From Octopus vulgaris (Eukaryota), in contig OX597819.1 in the NCBI GenBank assembly GCA_951406725.2, forward strand, positions 75,392,001 through 75,456,000: a DNA stretch of 64,000 nt, in the 5' to 3' direction. Position numbers and translations under genes: made by a program. Under the pieces are notes generated by a model that saw nothing but the letters and a program-made list of their open reading frames with translations, had not been told where the DNA came from and did not search any database. Shown here piece after piece: positions 25,182 to 38,885 of this stretch (within the stretch, counting starts at the first letter, position 1; every line of letters begins with the position of its first letter).

Positions 25182-28100
25182 TCAAGGAACTTATGTCGAC
25201 ATCAAAATGCACAAAAAACTTTTAGCTGACTGCTCTCAAGGAGCCCATGGCGATAATGAGTGTCTTTTTATAAGGAGTGACATCAGAGTGGCTGAATGTA
25301 GAAGAATCTAGAAGGTTCAAGGGTTCAAACGAAGTAGGAGGAGGGAGGCATAAGAATGGTAATGTGAGAGAGTGCAGGTCAAAGGAATGGTGGGTTTAAA
25401 TGATTTCTTTTATGAATGAGTGCCCGTGTGTGTGACTGTATATAACTGTCTTAATGCGTGTATGTGTGTGTCTGAATGCGTGATTGTGTTTGTGGATGGG
25501 TAGATGTCAGAAAACTGACAGCTGTGAGGTGAGAGGTCTGTGTGTTCGATTATGTTTACTGTAGAGAAAGGAAAGTAGATAGCGAAAGGGAGAAAGAATC
25601 GGGCGAGGTGAGAAGCAACGCCAGAATGGATAGTAGTAATTGGGAATATAAGAAAATCTTTTTGACTATTGGGGTGAAATATAGCAAAAATTTTTTGGGA
25701 AATCGAGGGTTTATCTATATTAGTCACTATTTATATGAGTGAAAGGTATGTCTTTTCCAGTGTAAACACCTGTAGGATCTTTCGACGATTGTATTTATTA
25801 AAGGGACTTAGGCGAACAAAATATGAAAAAGTTCGGAATTACAGATGCCACAAAATTTTCTGCTTTTATCAAACGGGAAGGACACCGATAAAATGGACCA
25901 TTCGAGCTTGAACGTAGTGTTATTGTTCTTCAGACTAATTTGCTTAGCCCCATGCTGTGTTGCTTTCTGTTATCTCTGAAAGTGGAATAATGCTTGGAGA
26001 TCCTTTGGGCTAATTTAGAAGAGGTTGCGCCAATGTAGAAGTAGACATCGGTTCCAGAAGAGATTTTGCATTGGTAAGTGGTGTTTCTAATTTTGGAATT
26101 TTTGGATAAGAACTTTAATCTGTTGGGGTTGGTTTCTGATACTAAGACAGAGTTTTTATTGTTGTGATAGGTGTAAAAATTGTTGCTGGCTTTGGCCACG
26201 ATACTATTCATCTTATTATCATTACTATTAGTTGTAATATCGTCGGCAAATTCCCTGGCTATAGGAATGCTGCGATTGTTATCATCAATAATATAACTGT
26301 TATTTAGAATGCTGGTACTATTACCACTAACACCACCACTGTTAATAATCTGGCTAATGTTATCATTATTACTATTGCTAACGCTAATGCTGCTATGAAT
26401 GTTGCTAATATCCATACTACTTCTATTATTATTATTATTGTATGTTACGTTGGAATGGGTAAGAGCGGTGTCGCTACTCATGGGTGATGAGACCCTATTT
26501 AGCAGCTTATTATTGTGGGAAGCTATTATCTGCGAAAGATTTTTAGTATTTGAGAATGCTATTCTTACTTTATGCGAATTTATAGTGGAGTAGTATCTAG
26601 AATTCCTAGGAAAATTCTTAGCAACGGCTTCACGGAATTGTAAAGGGAGATTAGACCTGATTTGTCTCCCGAAAGGAATCACAAACCAGATATAGTTTTT
26701 TTTGTTCTTGGAATGGCTGAGAGTGTTGACATTTACATTAAAGGGTATATTTCTGTGTTGTAGAATGGGTTTTGGTTTACGCTGGCCTCCCCTGGTCCGT
26801 AAATTATTATTGTAAAATATATTTGTGTTGACGTTGCTAGAGCTGAAATCACTATTTATGTTATTTATATTATTATTAGAAGTTATCTTATCTTGATGGG
26901 CAGATATTAGTTTAGGATGGGCCGGATCGATATAAGATACCTTATCCCTATAACCGGCCTTTGACAAGGCGGCATTATAAAATTCCACTTTCTGTTTAAA
27001 AATGTCGACATTTGCTGATAACTTTGATAGTCTTAAGGACCGCCGCAGATGTCCGGGAATTGGTCGGCTAATTCATATAGAATATAGATTCCGACCAAAT
27101 CGGCTATCTGGGCGCTATCTGAGCTTCCCATTGGCACATCGAACGCGTTGGGAGTATCCTTATGAACCCATAACTTATCATCGAATTGAATGAAGGATTT
27201 TCTAGCGGCTAGAATTATATTAATTTCCTCCCTTGTCAGCCCTGTCTTGTTATGTGCATGCCATAGGGCCTTATTGAGCACGCTGGGGTTTATCGAAGGG
27301 TAGAAATTGGAAATATCGAATTGAATGAATTTAGTGCTATTTTTATTAGAAATGGAAGAGAACCATTCTACGACTTGAGTGGAGTTAGACCATATGTTGA
27401 GTTTAAGCTTATTAACTAATCTAGGTATGTATTTATCTAAAATGTACTTACTGATGGAACCGATGTCGGAACTAGAAGGGCAAATGAACCTTAAAGCTGG
27501 GTTGGTTTGGAAGTTTGGTTTATGGTCCTTGACGATGAATCTTGGTTGCCTTGGGTTGAGTGGTTGTGTTTTCATTTGCAAACCATGAGTAACCATGATT
27601 TTCTTAATTTCCAAGTTGGCTTTTCTAAGTGTATCCTTATTCGTAGTTCTGTAATTCTTCTGTATTTCCTTCTTGAGCAATTCTAAATACTGGTTTTTTG
27701 CTAGCTTGTATGTATTCCTGGTTTTATCTGATTGGACCAGGATAGCGTCTGAGCTGTTTATATCTTGGGTAATTTTGTTGAGGTATCTAAGGTGTTTATT
27801 CCTAAGGGGCGATTTACGGAATTTAATGCTCCTTACAATGTCCCACAAGCCGTCCTCAAATTTCTTCAGTCTGGGATTAGGTGGCGGTGTCTGCCTCGAC
27901 TTGAATAGCTTCTTATATTCGGAAGATGTTTCTGTACCGTTCTGTTTTAAGTCCTTGTTATCATGGAAGAAAGCGAGCCATCTAATTCGGTTGATGAATG
28001 CATTTGTTTTGTTGACAATTTCCTTACGGAAGGTTTCTTTTGGTGGTATTGGTATGTCCTTAAGGGATGCGTTAATCTCGAACAACTCCATTTGCGGTAT

Positions 28101-28341
28101 CTGTTAAGGTAGCAGGATCTGGATGAAGCTGTATATGAATATTTGAGTAGTTGAATGAATTATCTTATTAAGGATAATTCGAAAGATAACCGATACCTGG
28201 GTAGCAAATTCACATCAGAAAGAACACGGTTGAAGCTACGTCCCTAGGGCATAGACTACGTGTGGAAATTTGTATGTTTATTTTAAAATTATAAGTATAT
28301 GAAAGAATGGAGTTGAACGACTAGTTAACAAATATCCTTTA

Positions 28342-28424
28342 TTCTCGACATATGTTTCGAAGGCTGCATATTCCTAATTCCGAAGGAATAAGGAGTACAT
28401 TATGCAGATTTCTCATCAGGAAAA
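28342..28424 (-). ncRNA. Type I hammerhead ribozyme (second pLTR of copy 1)
   Basis: Same sequence as 25099-25181. Confidence 0.85.
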
Positions 28425-28977
28425 TCAAGGAACTTATGTCGACATCAAAATGCACAAAACCTTTTAGCTGACTGCTCTCAAGGAGCCCATGGCGATAATG
28501 AGTGTCTCTTTATAAGGAGTGACGTCAGAGTGGCTGAATGTAGAAAAATCTTAAAGGTTCAAGGGTTCAAACGAAGTAGGAGGGAGGCATAAGAATAGTA
28601 AGGTGAGAGAGTGCATGGCGATAATGAGTGTCTCTTTATAAGGAGTGACGTCAGAGTGGCTGAATGTAGAAGAATCTAGAAGGTTCTAAAGGTTCAAGGG
28701 TTCAAACGAAGTAGGAGGGAGGCATAAGAATAGTAAGGTGAGAGAGTGCAGGTCAAAGGAATGGTGGGTTTAAATGATTTCTTTTATGAATGAGTGCCTG
28801 TGTGTGTGACTGTATATAACTGTCTTAATGCGTGATTGTGTTTGTGGATGGGTAGATGTCAGAAAACTGACAGCTGTGAGGTGAGAGGTCTGTGTCTGTG
28901 TGTTCGATTATGTTTACTGTATATATATATAAATATATACATACATACATACATACATACATACATACATACATACA

Positions 28978-29050
<73 letters not shown>

Positions 29051-29257
29051 TGAAGTAGATAAATGAATTATCTTATTACGGATAATTCAAATGCTAACCG
29101 ATACCTGGATAGCAAAAATCTCAACAGAAAAAGCACGCTTGAAGTTATGACCATGGGGCATAAAAACCGTGCCTTAGTGCGGAAATTTGAAGTTTTATAT
29201 ATTAAGTGTAGGAAAAAATGGAGCTGAACGAAGATTTAACAAAATTCCTTTATATTA

Positions 29258-29341
29258 TTTTCTACATATGTTTCGAAGGCTGCAAAGTCCCTAATTCGGA
29301 TTGAATAAGGAGTCCATTTTGCAGCTTTCTCTTCAGGAAAA
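29258..29341 (-). ncRNA. Type I hammerhead ribozyme
   Basis: ttttc CTGAAGA gaaagctgcaaa...tttgcagccttc GAAA catatg TA gaaaa. Confidence 0.85.
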
Positions 29342-31873
29342 ATCCAGGAACTTAATTCTCCAACAAAATGCACAACAAGCTTTTCGACAAACGCTCACGA
29401 GGAGCCCATGAAATAAATGACACAAACTGTCTATCTATATGCGTTGACGCCAGACTGGGTGAAAGCAGAAGAGATTGTCCGTTGAGATAGTTCAAGGTCA
29501 GAATCCGGTTGGCAGAAGTGGGGTACAGGAAAATCAAAGAGAGTGAATGTATTCTGTATGACTGGTGTTTCTATTTGAATTATTTTAAGAATGAGTGTTA
29601 GTGTTTGAGTGTGAGGAATTGCTTTAATGTAAGTGTGTGTGCGTCTATGTATGTGTGACAGTGTGTTTCGAAGGCAGAAAGAGAGAGAGAGATATAGCAG
29701 GTATTAATGGTCAAGAAACTGAAAAAACTGTCTGTGTGTTCGTATGTGACCACTTGATAGAGAGAGGGTGTCCACAATGGCCATGGCAGGATACAGTGTT
29801 GCTGTCAGGGATGGCAGCAGTTCTTATACTAACAGGGAAGGGATATCACCTTTCAAATTTTTTTCTAATTTTTTAAAGAATTGGTATGAGAGAAAGGTAT
29901 GCCGTTTCCAGGGGGGGCATCTGAAAGAATTTTGCACAATCAAGTTAAAAAGGTGCCCTCGGGCGAACAAAATATGAAAAAGTTCTGAGTTACAAAGAGC
30001 ACAGATTTTTTTGCCCTTATCAAACAGTAAAGACACCGATAAAATTGACCATTCCAGTCTAAAAGTTGAATTCGCGTTCTTCAAACGCCAGACTAATTTG
30101 CTTAACCCCGTAGCGTGTTGCTTATCCTTATCACGGAACGTGGAAAAATGATTTGATATTCTAATGGCCAATTTTGATGATGAAGCTCCGATATAAATGA
30201 AGACATCGGATTCAGTATAAACTCTGCACTGGTAAATGGCGTTTCTAATCTTGGAGTTGCTAGATAAGCACCTTAATCTATTGAGATTGGTTTCCGATAT
30301 TAATACATCGTTCTTATTACTATGATGATTGTAAAAACTACCGCTGGATTCGATATTATTCACCCCATTATCATTACTATTTAAGGCAATATCACCTGCA
30401 TATTCCCTGTTACTGGGAATGCTGTGATTGATAATGTCCGTAATACTACTGTTGTTAAAACCGCTGCTAATATTATTGTTGGGACTCCCTACGTTAATGA
30501 CGAGATCAGTGCTCTTATCCTTATTACTATTACTAACTCCAATGTTGGTATGAAGGTTGCTAATATCTGTGCCAGTTCTATTATTATTATTACTATTACT
30601 GCGCGTTATGTTGGAATTTGACGGAGCAGAGTCTCTGCTCATGGGTGAGAGGGCCTTATTTAGCAGCTTATTGTTATGGGAGGAAATTATCTGTGAAAGA
30701 TTTTTAGTATTGGAGAAGGCTATCCTTACTTTGTGCGAATTTACAGTGGGGTTGTAGTGGATGTGTGGATGTATTAATAAATACATAAGTTGTTTTGTAA
30801 TAAATTAGAGATTTATTTTCACTACATCAATTTGTAAGCAATGCTACACATTGCTTGTACAGAATGCATATTAAATAATGCTTGCACAGAATACATATTA
30901 AAGAATGCTTATACATAATACATATTAAAGAAGAATATGTTTGATGGTGTGTGTGTGTGAGTAAATCATGCAGGACAGTCACCTTTATGCATATTCTCTC
31001 GTCGTCTCCAAAAATGCGTAGCGTTCGTTTAGGCGTCGGCTCCGGTTCTCCCTAGATACTGATTTTTCCGTTCTATTTATAAAATCTCAAATAGCCAGAA
31101 AAATAGATATATCGCAAGAGAGTTATCGTTTAAGTAGGTCACTGGCCGTTCAGTTAAACTTCGCCTGACCTGGTTCAGGTCAGAGGTCAAAGGGAGACGA
31201 TCCATCACTTTTTGTCAGAACAAAGGAATCTTGATTTCGCGCCTTTGCATGCATTGGTATTTGACGACCGATGATTCTTGGATTTGATTTCGAATCCAAG
31301 CTTAGAGAAGGAAGTGCTAACTCTTACACTACCCCCCTTCTAGTGAGAAAGCCACAGAGATCAAACGATATTGGAAAAGTATTTTTTTTTTTTTTTGTGT
31401 GCATGCAGAAAAAAAAATTTTTACACATTGAACGATAAAAATATGCATGAAAGGTTTACAGTTTGTATGTGCTATATGGTGGGCAATATGTATATGTGCC
31501 CAGGCAGAATTATGTTGGCGCGTTGAAAGAGATGTGCGTCTATTGATTACTCGACCTACTAGAGGTCTAATAGAGGCAAGGTGTCTTTCAGTGGCGAAAA
31601 AAATCGAGTGATAGCACGCATGAGAACAAGATTTGTAAATTGTGTGGATATACAGTTAGCAAAAATATATTTATAAGAAAGCAAAGCATTTTGAAGAGAA
31701 AACAAAAAATATGTACATGCAAAAATGAAAGAAATGTTCATCGGCAAAAGTTTGATTTTGAAATGTTCCGTAAAAGTTCATACAGACAGTTTTTTTTTGT
31801 TTTCATTTTTTTTTTCTTTATGTACACAAATGTTCTTTGATTTCTCTGGGTGGGTGATGCAGTTATGTGTTCA

Positions 31874-34800
31874 TTAGGAAGATGGATACGTTAGGAGTTC
31901 AGAACTTACCCGAAAAACTTGCACAAACCTTGCTGGCCATCGAACTGTTCTTCCTGATTTGGTGTGTCGGGGTTGTGCAGAATCTGTGGTGTTCGCTGGA
32001 GTTGCCGAGTCTTTTCGAGGAAAAGAGGGGACTGAATGTAAGTCCTCCTCGATGAAAGCTTTTTTTAAACGATCAATCGAGACCGTATTTCGTTTACCTC
32101 CAATATCGAGGACGAAATACTTGGGTTCTCTTTTGATGACCTTGTAGGGCCCGGAATATGGTGGTCGAAGTTGAGAGGGTATCCCATCATTCCTCACGAA
32201 GACATGAGTCCAAGTGTTGATATCTTTTGGGACACGTGAAACGACGTTCTGTTGTCTGGGGCCTGAAGGTGATAACTGCGACATGGATGTCCGTAATCGG
32301 TGCACATATTGTTGTGGGTCAGGGAAGTTTTGTGAAACAGGTTTGATCATCTGCCCAGGTAAGGTGAGTTCGGCCGGAGTATATCCCAGTTCTTCCTTAA
32401 TCGTGGATCGAATTTCAAGGAGGATGAGAGGGAGATGTTCCAACCAGTGAGAACTGTCTGGAGCTGCTTTGATAGATGCCTTGAGTTGGCGGTGAAAGCG
32501 TTCGACCATGCCATTTGCTGCAGGGTGGTAAGCTGTAGTGCGGGTGTGTTTACATCCGAGGAGACGAGTCAGCTCGGTGAAAAGGTGGGAATCAAACTTA
32601 CGTCCTCTGTCGGTAGTAATTGTTGCGGGTGTGCCAAAACGCGAAACCCATTGTGATATCAGCGTTTTAGCGACCGTTTCTGCTGAACCTATCGCGAGAA
32701 CCTATCTACGCAAGTTAGCAAATACGAATCATTCTGCGAAGGCGGTAGGGGTCCAACGATATCAATGTGAACGTGCTGAAATCGTGCGTCGGGTTGCGAA
32801 AATGAACCGATTGGTGATTTTATGTGCCAGTGGATTTTCGCTTTTTGGCACGCAACACAGCACTTGGTCCATTCTCTGATATCCTTGTTGATACTGGTCC
32901 ACACAAAATGGGTCGATATCAGCTTTTGAGTGGAGCGAATACCAGGATGTGACAGAGAATGCAGAGCGGAGAAAACTTCTCGACAATATTTCTGTGGTAC
33001 ATAAGGGCGTTGGTAACCAGTGGAAATATCACATCAAATATGGGCTGTGGATGATGGTAGCGGAACATGCTGAAATTTCAGAGATGACGAATTCCGGAGC
33101 TTTAGAAGTGCTATACGTGCCAGATCAATTGTAGACGTGGTGTGGATAGCATTGATCTGCGCACGTGAAAGTGCATCGGCTGCTACGTTGGTCGTCCCTC
33201 TGATGTGGCGTATATCCGTCGTGTACTGCGATATGAAATCGAGGTGGCGGATTTCTCTCGGCGAGTGGCGATCCGGCTTGGTGTTAAATGCGTATACTAA
33301 TGGCTTGTGCTCGGTGTATATGGCAAAATTTGTACCTTTTAGCATGTGACGGAAATGCTTAACGGCCAGGTATGCCACCAATAATTCCCGACTGAATGTG
33401 CTGTACTTGGTTTCCGCGGGTTTTAACCGCTTAGAAAAGAAAGACAACGGTTGCCATATACCGTCAACAAGCTGTTGTAGCACACCTCCAATTCCAGAAT
33501 CGGATGCATCAACGAGTAAACATCGTGGGGCGTCTGGTTTTGGATAAACCAGCATGGTAGCGCTAGATAACACTTTTTTCAGGGCAGCGAAAGAAACGAG
33601 TTGATCTTCCGTCAGAGCTATATCTGCCTTTTGCAGGTTCGCTGACGTAGCAAATCCGTGAGCGGTTGCGCTATTTCAGCGAGGTGGGGCACGAACCGTC
33701 GATAGAAATTCGCTAGACCGAGATATTCCCTTAATTTGCGGAGAGATGTGGGTGGTGGAAAATCCACGATGGCCATTACTTTCTCGGGAAGGGGATGAAT
33801 TCCATTATCATCGACGATGTGCCCGAGAAAATAAAGGGAAGCAACTCCGAACAAACATTTAGTAGGGTTGATAACCACACCAAATTGACGGAGACGTTCG
33901 AATAGCAGGTGAAGGTGTTGATTATGTTCTTCATCCGAGTTACTGGCCACGAGTATGTCGTCTATGTATGCATAGACGAAAGGCAAACCTCTAGTCACCA
34001 TGTCGATAAACCTTTGGAATGTCTGTGCCGTGTTTCGTAAACCGAAAGGCATACGCAGGAATTCAAACATTCCGAAAGGTGTAGTAACTGCTGTCTTTGA
34101 GATGTCCGCAGGTTCGACTGGGATTTGGTTGTATGCTCGCACCAGGTCGATTTTGGAAAAGACGTGAGCTCCATGCAGCGAGCTCGAAAAGTCCTGAAGA
34201 AAAGGCACCGGATAGGCATCACTGATAGTGCTTTTATTCAGTGATCGATAATCGCCGCAAACCCGCCAATCGGTCGATGATTTTTTTGGGACGCAGTGTA
34301 TCGGCGAGGACCAGTTGCTGCTGGAAACGCGGATGATTCTGAGGTCGAGCATGTGCTGGAATTCCCGCTTGACGGCCTGGAGACGATCAGGTGGTAACCT
34401 TCTGGGCCTTGCAGCAACAGGTGGACCGCTGGTTTTGATGTGGTGGGTAACGTCGTGTTTTATCGGGTGGTTATGGAAAACTGGTCGCGCGACATCTGGA
34501 TATTCATTCAGGATGGAACTGTGACGAGTCGTTGTCGTTAGCATTACAGTTGGGCTGACTGTGTCCATTCGAGCGGCTATACCGCGCACAGTAAGCTTGG
34601 TGGTGGTGTCGACAAGTCGTCTGTTCTTTATGTCTACCAGGAGACCGAAATGATGCAAGAAATCGGCTCCTAAGATAGGGGTCGGCAGTTTAGCGACGGC
34701 GAATACCCACTGAAATGTGCGGCGTAGTCCTATGTTCAATGTTAGGGACTGTTCACCGTAGGTTGGAATGGGTGAATGGTTGACTGCCTGAAGACAGACT

Positions 34801-34973
34801 GATGTCTCTTTTCTTTTTCCAGAAGTGTTGGAGACTGGGATGATGTTGACTTCCGCACCTGTGTCAACCAGGAAACGCGTGCCTGTTACACGATCACAAA
34901 CGAAAAACAGGCGACTGTGTGGGTGCGAACCAGGAACTTCCATCGCGTTCAATTCCTGGCTGTGCCGTTTCCC
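31874..34973 (-). pseudogene. pol: Gypsy pol (PR-RT-RNase H-IN), frameshifted and partly deleted
   Basis: LVDTGA, YIDD, DASD..ELL, integrase HIDIVGP and [11 protein letters not shown] motif. Confidence 0.93.
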
Positions 34974-35824
34974 GAACTGGGTGAGGAAAACGAGCACGGT
35001 ACCGTACATTTTTGTGCCCGTGTTCCGAATGTTCGGTGGTACCAACACGTGTCATGTGAGTTGCGGGTAGCACTGGGGCTTCGGGACCGTCTGCCATCTC
35101 GTCGAGATTGGCTGGTGCTTCGACGCTGGGGACTAAGCTTTAGGGCTTGTATTTGGGCTGTGAGGATTTGTATTTGCGCAGCTTGCTGCGTCATTAATGC
35201 ACGCAAATCCGAAATCTCGGAAGAACTGGTTTGTGCACGGAAAGGATTGGTACTGGGAGCGGCTGGCGTCATCGTCGATACCGTTGGATATTTGTGCTGT
35301 ACTTCGGCTATTTTGTCAGCTAGCTCCGCCAGTTCTTCAAGGGATGTGTTTTCTCTGGTAGACGTGAGAACAACCTGGGTATTGGAGGGCAGATGCTGGA
35401 GAAAAAGTTGCTTGAATATTTTTTCTGGGAGCGTCTCATCTCCGAGAAGCTGCTTCATTCTACGAAGAAGCTGGGCCGGCGTTTTGTCACCCAATTCTTC
35501 CGATATCAGAAGCTGGTGAAGTCTTTTTTGTTGGGATTCGGAGGTTCTGTTTATCAACGTGGTTTTAAAAACTTCGTATGAAACAGAACCGGGTGGTGCC
35601 ATGATAAGGTCACGTATTACATTCGTTATTTCTGGCGACAGAGAACCGATAACATGAGAAAGGCGAGACGCATCGCTCAGTATTCTGTGAGAGGCAAACT
35701 GTGCCTCTATATGGTAAAACCATAATGTAGGGTCGTGGGTCCAGAATGGTGGAATTTTTAAAGAAATCGCCGCTTGGAATGCCATGTCGATGTTGGCCGC
35801 TGGATTCTGTTCCGGGAGGTCCAT
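34949..35824 (-). CDS. gag: Gypsy gag
   Basis: [21 protein letters not shown] and C-terminal [14 protein letters not shown]; overlaps pol at slippery G GGA AAC (34973-34967). Confidence 0.92.
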   Translation of the reverse strand: MDLPEQNPAANIDMAFQAAISLKIPPFWTHDPTLWFYHIEAQFASHRILSDASRLSHVIGSLSPEITNVIRDLIMAPPGSVSYEVFKTTLINRTSESQQKRLHQLLISEELGDKTPAQLLRRMKQLLGDETLPEKIFKQLFLQHLPSNTQVVLTSTRENTSLEELAELADKIAEVQHKYPTVSTMTPAAPSTNPFRAQTSSSEISDLRALMTQQAAQIQILTAQIQALKLSPQRRSTSQSRRDGRRSRSPSATRNSHDTCWYHRTFGTRAQKCTVPCSFSSPSSGNGTARN

Positions 35825-38556
35825 TGTTTTCGTCGGAATTTTCAGTTGCTTGGTTGCTGGGTGATGTGCAAACTGTAATTCTTCGACGCGGTTGATGAAG
35901 CTGGTTCCGGGGAAGGCGCGATTCGTTTTACGGGGTCACCAAATGTCGTGGATGTATTAATAAATACATAAGTTGTTTTGTAATAAATTAGAGATTCATT
36001 TTCACTACATCAATTTGTAAGCAATGCTACACATTGCTTGTACAGAATGCATATTAAATAATGCTTGCACAGAATACATATTAAAGAATGCTTATACATA
36101 ATACATATTAAAGAAGAATATGTTTGATGGTGTGTGTGTGTGAGTAAATCATGCAGGACAGTCACCTTTATGCATATTCTCTCGTCGTCTCCAAAAATGC
36201 GTAGCGTTCGTTTAGGCGTCGGCTCCGGTTCTCCCTAGATACCGATTTTTCCGTTCTATTTATAAAATCTCAAATAGCCAGAAAAATAGATATATCGCAA
36301 GAGAGTTATCGTTTAAGTAGGTCACTGGTCGTTCAGTTAAACTTCGCCTGACCTGGTTCAGGTCAGAGGTCAAAGGGAGACGATCCATCACTTTTTGTCA
36401 GAACAAAGGAATCTTGATTTCGCGCCTTTGCATGCATTGGTATTTGACGACCGATGATTCTTGGATTTGATTTCGAATCCAAGCTTAGAGAAGGAAGTGC
36501 TAACTCTTACAGGGTAATATCTTGAATTTCTGGGAAAATTTCTGGCAATTGCTTGGTGAAACTGCAACGGTAGGTTAGATCTTATTTGTTTACCAAAGGG
36601 AATTACAAACCAGATATAGTTATTCCTGTTCTTGTACTGGCTCGGAGAGTCAACTCTAGCATTAAGGTGGGTATCTCTGGGTTGAATAATGGGTTTTGGC
36701 CTACGATGGCCTCCCCTGGACCGCAAATTATTTATGTTATCTATATTTATGCTAGTTGTACTTGTATCGACATTCCTAAGGCTACCATCACTATTTATAT
36801 TATTTATATTATTATAAGTTGACTTATCCTGACGATAGAATACTGGTTTCGGAAGGGCCGGGTCTATATATGTTACCTTTTCCCTATAACCTGCTTTTGA
36901 CAGGGCGGCATTATAGAATTCCGCTTTCTGCTTAAAAATGTTGACGTTGGCAGATAAATTTGATAATCTTTGAGAAATATTTTAAACTAAATTATCTGTT
37001 ATAGTTTTTGCGTGGTTAGAGAAAACACTGACATACTTTAGGTTAGTGGAAGGTTTATGGTAGGGGCAGTAAGAATCGCTATGCAGGTTTAGTGTGACAT
37101 CTAAGAAATTTGCCTTGGTAAGTTCGTTATCAAAAACTATGCTCATGCCCATCCTATTAAAGAACCTGGCTAATCTATTTTTAGTTTTCTGTACTATTCT
37201 GTTCGGGGTGTTCTGTAGGTAAAACAGACAATCGTCACGATATAGGACGCCGCCGATGTCCGGGAATTGGTCGGATAATTCATAGAGAATATAGATTCCG
37301 ACCAAATCGGCAATCTGGGCGCTATCTGAACTTCCCATAGGAACATCGAACTCGTTGGGAGTATCCTTACGAACCCATAACTTATCTTCAAACTGTATAA
37401 AGGATTTTCTGGCGACTAGAATTATATCAATTTCTTCTCTTGTGAGGCCTGCCTTATTATGTGCATGCCACAGGGCCTTATCGAGTACACTAGGGTTAAT
37501 CGAGGGGTAGAAATTAGCAATATCGAACTGAATGAACTTAGTTCTGTTTTTATTCGGGATAGAAGAGAACCACTTTACGACTTGCGAGGAGTTCGCCCAA
37601 AGATTAAGCTTAAGCTTATTAACTAAACTAGGAATGTATTTGTCTAAAATGTACTTAGTGATGGAACCGATGTTGGAACTAGAAGGGCATATGAGCCTTA
37701 ATGCTGGATTGGTGTGGAAATTTGGTTTGTGATCCTTAACGATGAATCTAGGTTGTCTTGGGTTAAGGGGTTGTGTTCTCATTTGAAGCCCATAATTTAC
37801 CATAATTTTCTTAATCTCCAAGTTAACTCTTCTCAGTGTATTCTTATTTGTAGTTCTATAGTTCTTCTGGATCTCTTTCCTGAGTAATTCTAAGTACTGG
37901 TTTATAGGTATCTTGTAAGTATTCCTTGTTTTGTCAGATTGGACCAGGATTCCGTCTGAGCTGTTGATATCCTTAGTAATTTTCCCTAGGTATCTAAGGT
38001 GTTCATTCCTACGGGGCGACTTCCTGAATTTAATGCTCCTTACAATGCCCCATAAGTCGTCCTCAAATTTCTTCAGTCTGGGGTTACGTGGTGGCGTCTC
38101 CATCGACTTGAAAAGCTTCTTATATTTGGATGATGTTACGGACCGGTTCTGTTTTAAATCCTCGTTATCATGAAAGAAAGCGAGCCATCTGATCCGGTTG
38201 ATGAATGCATTTGTTTTGCAGACAATTTCCTTAAGGAAGGTTTCCTTTGGTGGTATAGGAATGTCCTTAAGGGACGCGTTAATCTCGAACAACTCCATTT
38301 GCGGTATCGGTTAAGGTAGCAGTTTGGTGGCGAAGCTGTATATGATTATTGAAGTAGATAAATGAATTATCTTATTACGGATAATTCAAATGCTAACCGA
38401 TACCTGGGTAGCAAAAATCACAACAGAAAAGGCACGGTTGAAGTTATGACCATGGGGTATAAAAACCGTGCCTTAGTGCGGAAATTTGAAGTTTTATATA
38501 TTAAGTGTAGGAAAAAATGGAGCTGAATGAAGATTTAACAAAATTCCTTTATATTA

Positions 38557-38640
38557 TTTTCTACATATGTTTCGAAGGCTGCAAAGTCCCTAATTCGGAT
38601 TGAATAAGGAGTCCATTTTGCAGCTTTCTCTTCAGGAAAA
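38557..38640 (-). ncRNA. Type I hammerhead ribozyme (5' pLTR of copy 2)
   Basis: Same sequence as 29258-29341. Confidence 0.85.
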
Positions 38641-38885
38641 TCCAGGAACTTAATTCTCCAACAAAATGCACAACAAGCTTTTTGACAAACGCTCACGAGG
38701 AGCCCATGAAATAAATGACACAAACTGTCTATCTATATGCGTTGACGCCAGACTGGGTGAAAGCAGAAGAGATTGTCCTTTGAGATAGTTCAAGGTCAGA
38801 ATCCGGTTGGCAGAAGTGGGGTACAGGAAAATCAATGTATATATATGTATATATATACATACATACATACATATATATATATATA

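Larger units (their letters stand above)
30753..36511 (-). mobile_element. Full-length Ty3/Gypsy LTR retrotransposon
   Basis: LTRs 30753-31328 and 35944-36511 (TG...CA, about 99% identical); 4-bp TSD GGGT at 30749-30752 and 36512-36515; PBS TGGTGACCCCG (tRNA-Trp-like) at 35931-35941; PPT AGAAGGGGGG at 31332-31341. Confidence 0.97.
29048..38835 (-). mobile_element. Naiad-like PLE copy 2 with about 490-bp pLTRs (29048-29537, 38347-38835), split by a Gypsy insertion
   Basis: RT ORF 36982-38298 with LYRDDCL and NFLDVTL; endonuclease 29824-30750 AIYQC..IYIGASS..CALCNSE; removing the Gypsy restores RYYPTVNSHK. Confidence 0.92.

Noticed and set aside
25925-25940. TGA ending ORF 25930-26988, as possible selenocysteine
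   Set aside because: Alignment with copy 2 (KLVWRLKN) shows a 7-nt deletion created the stop.
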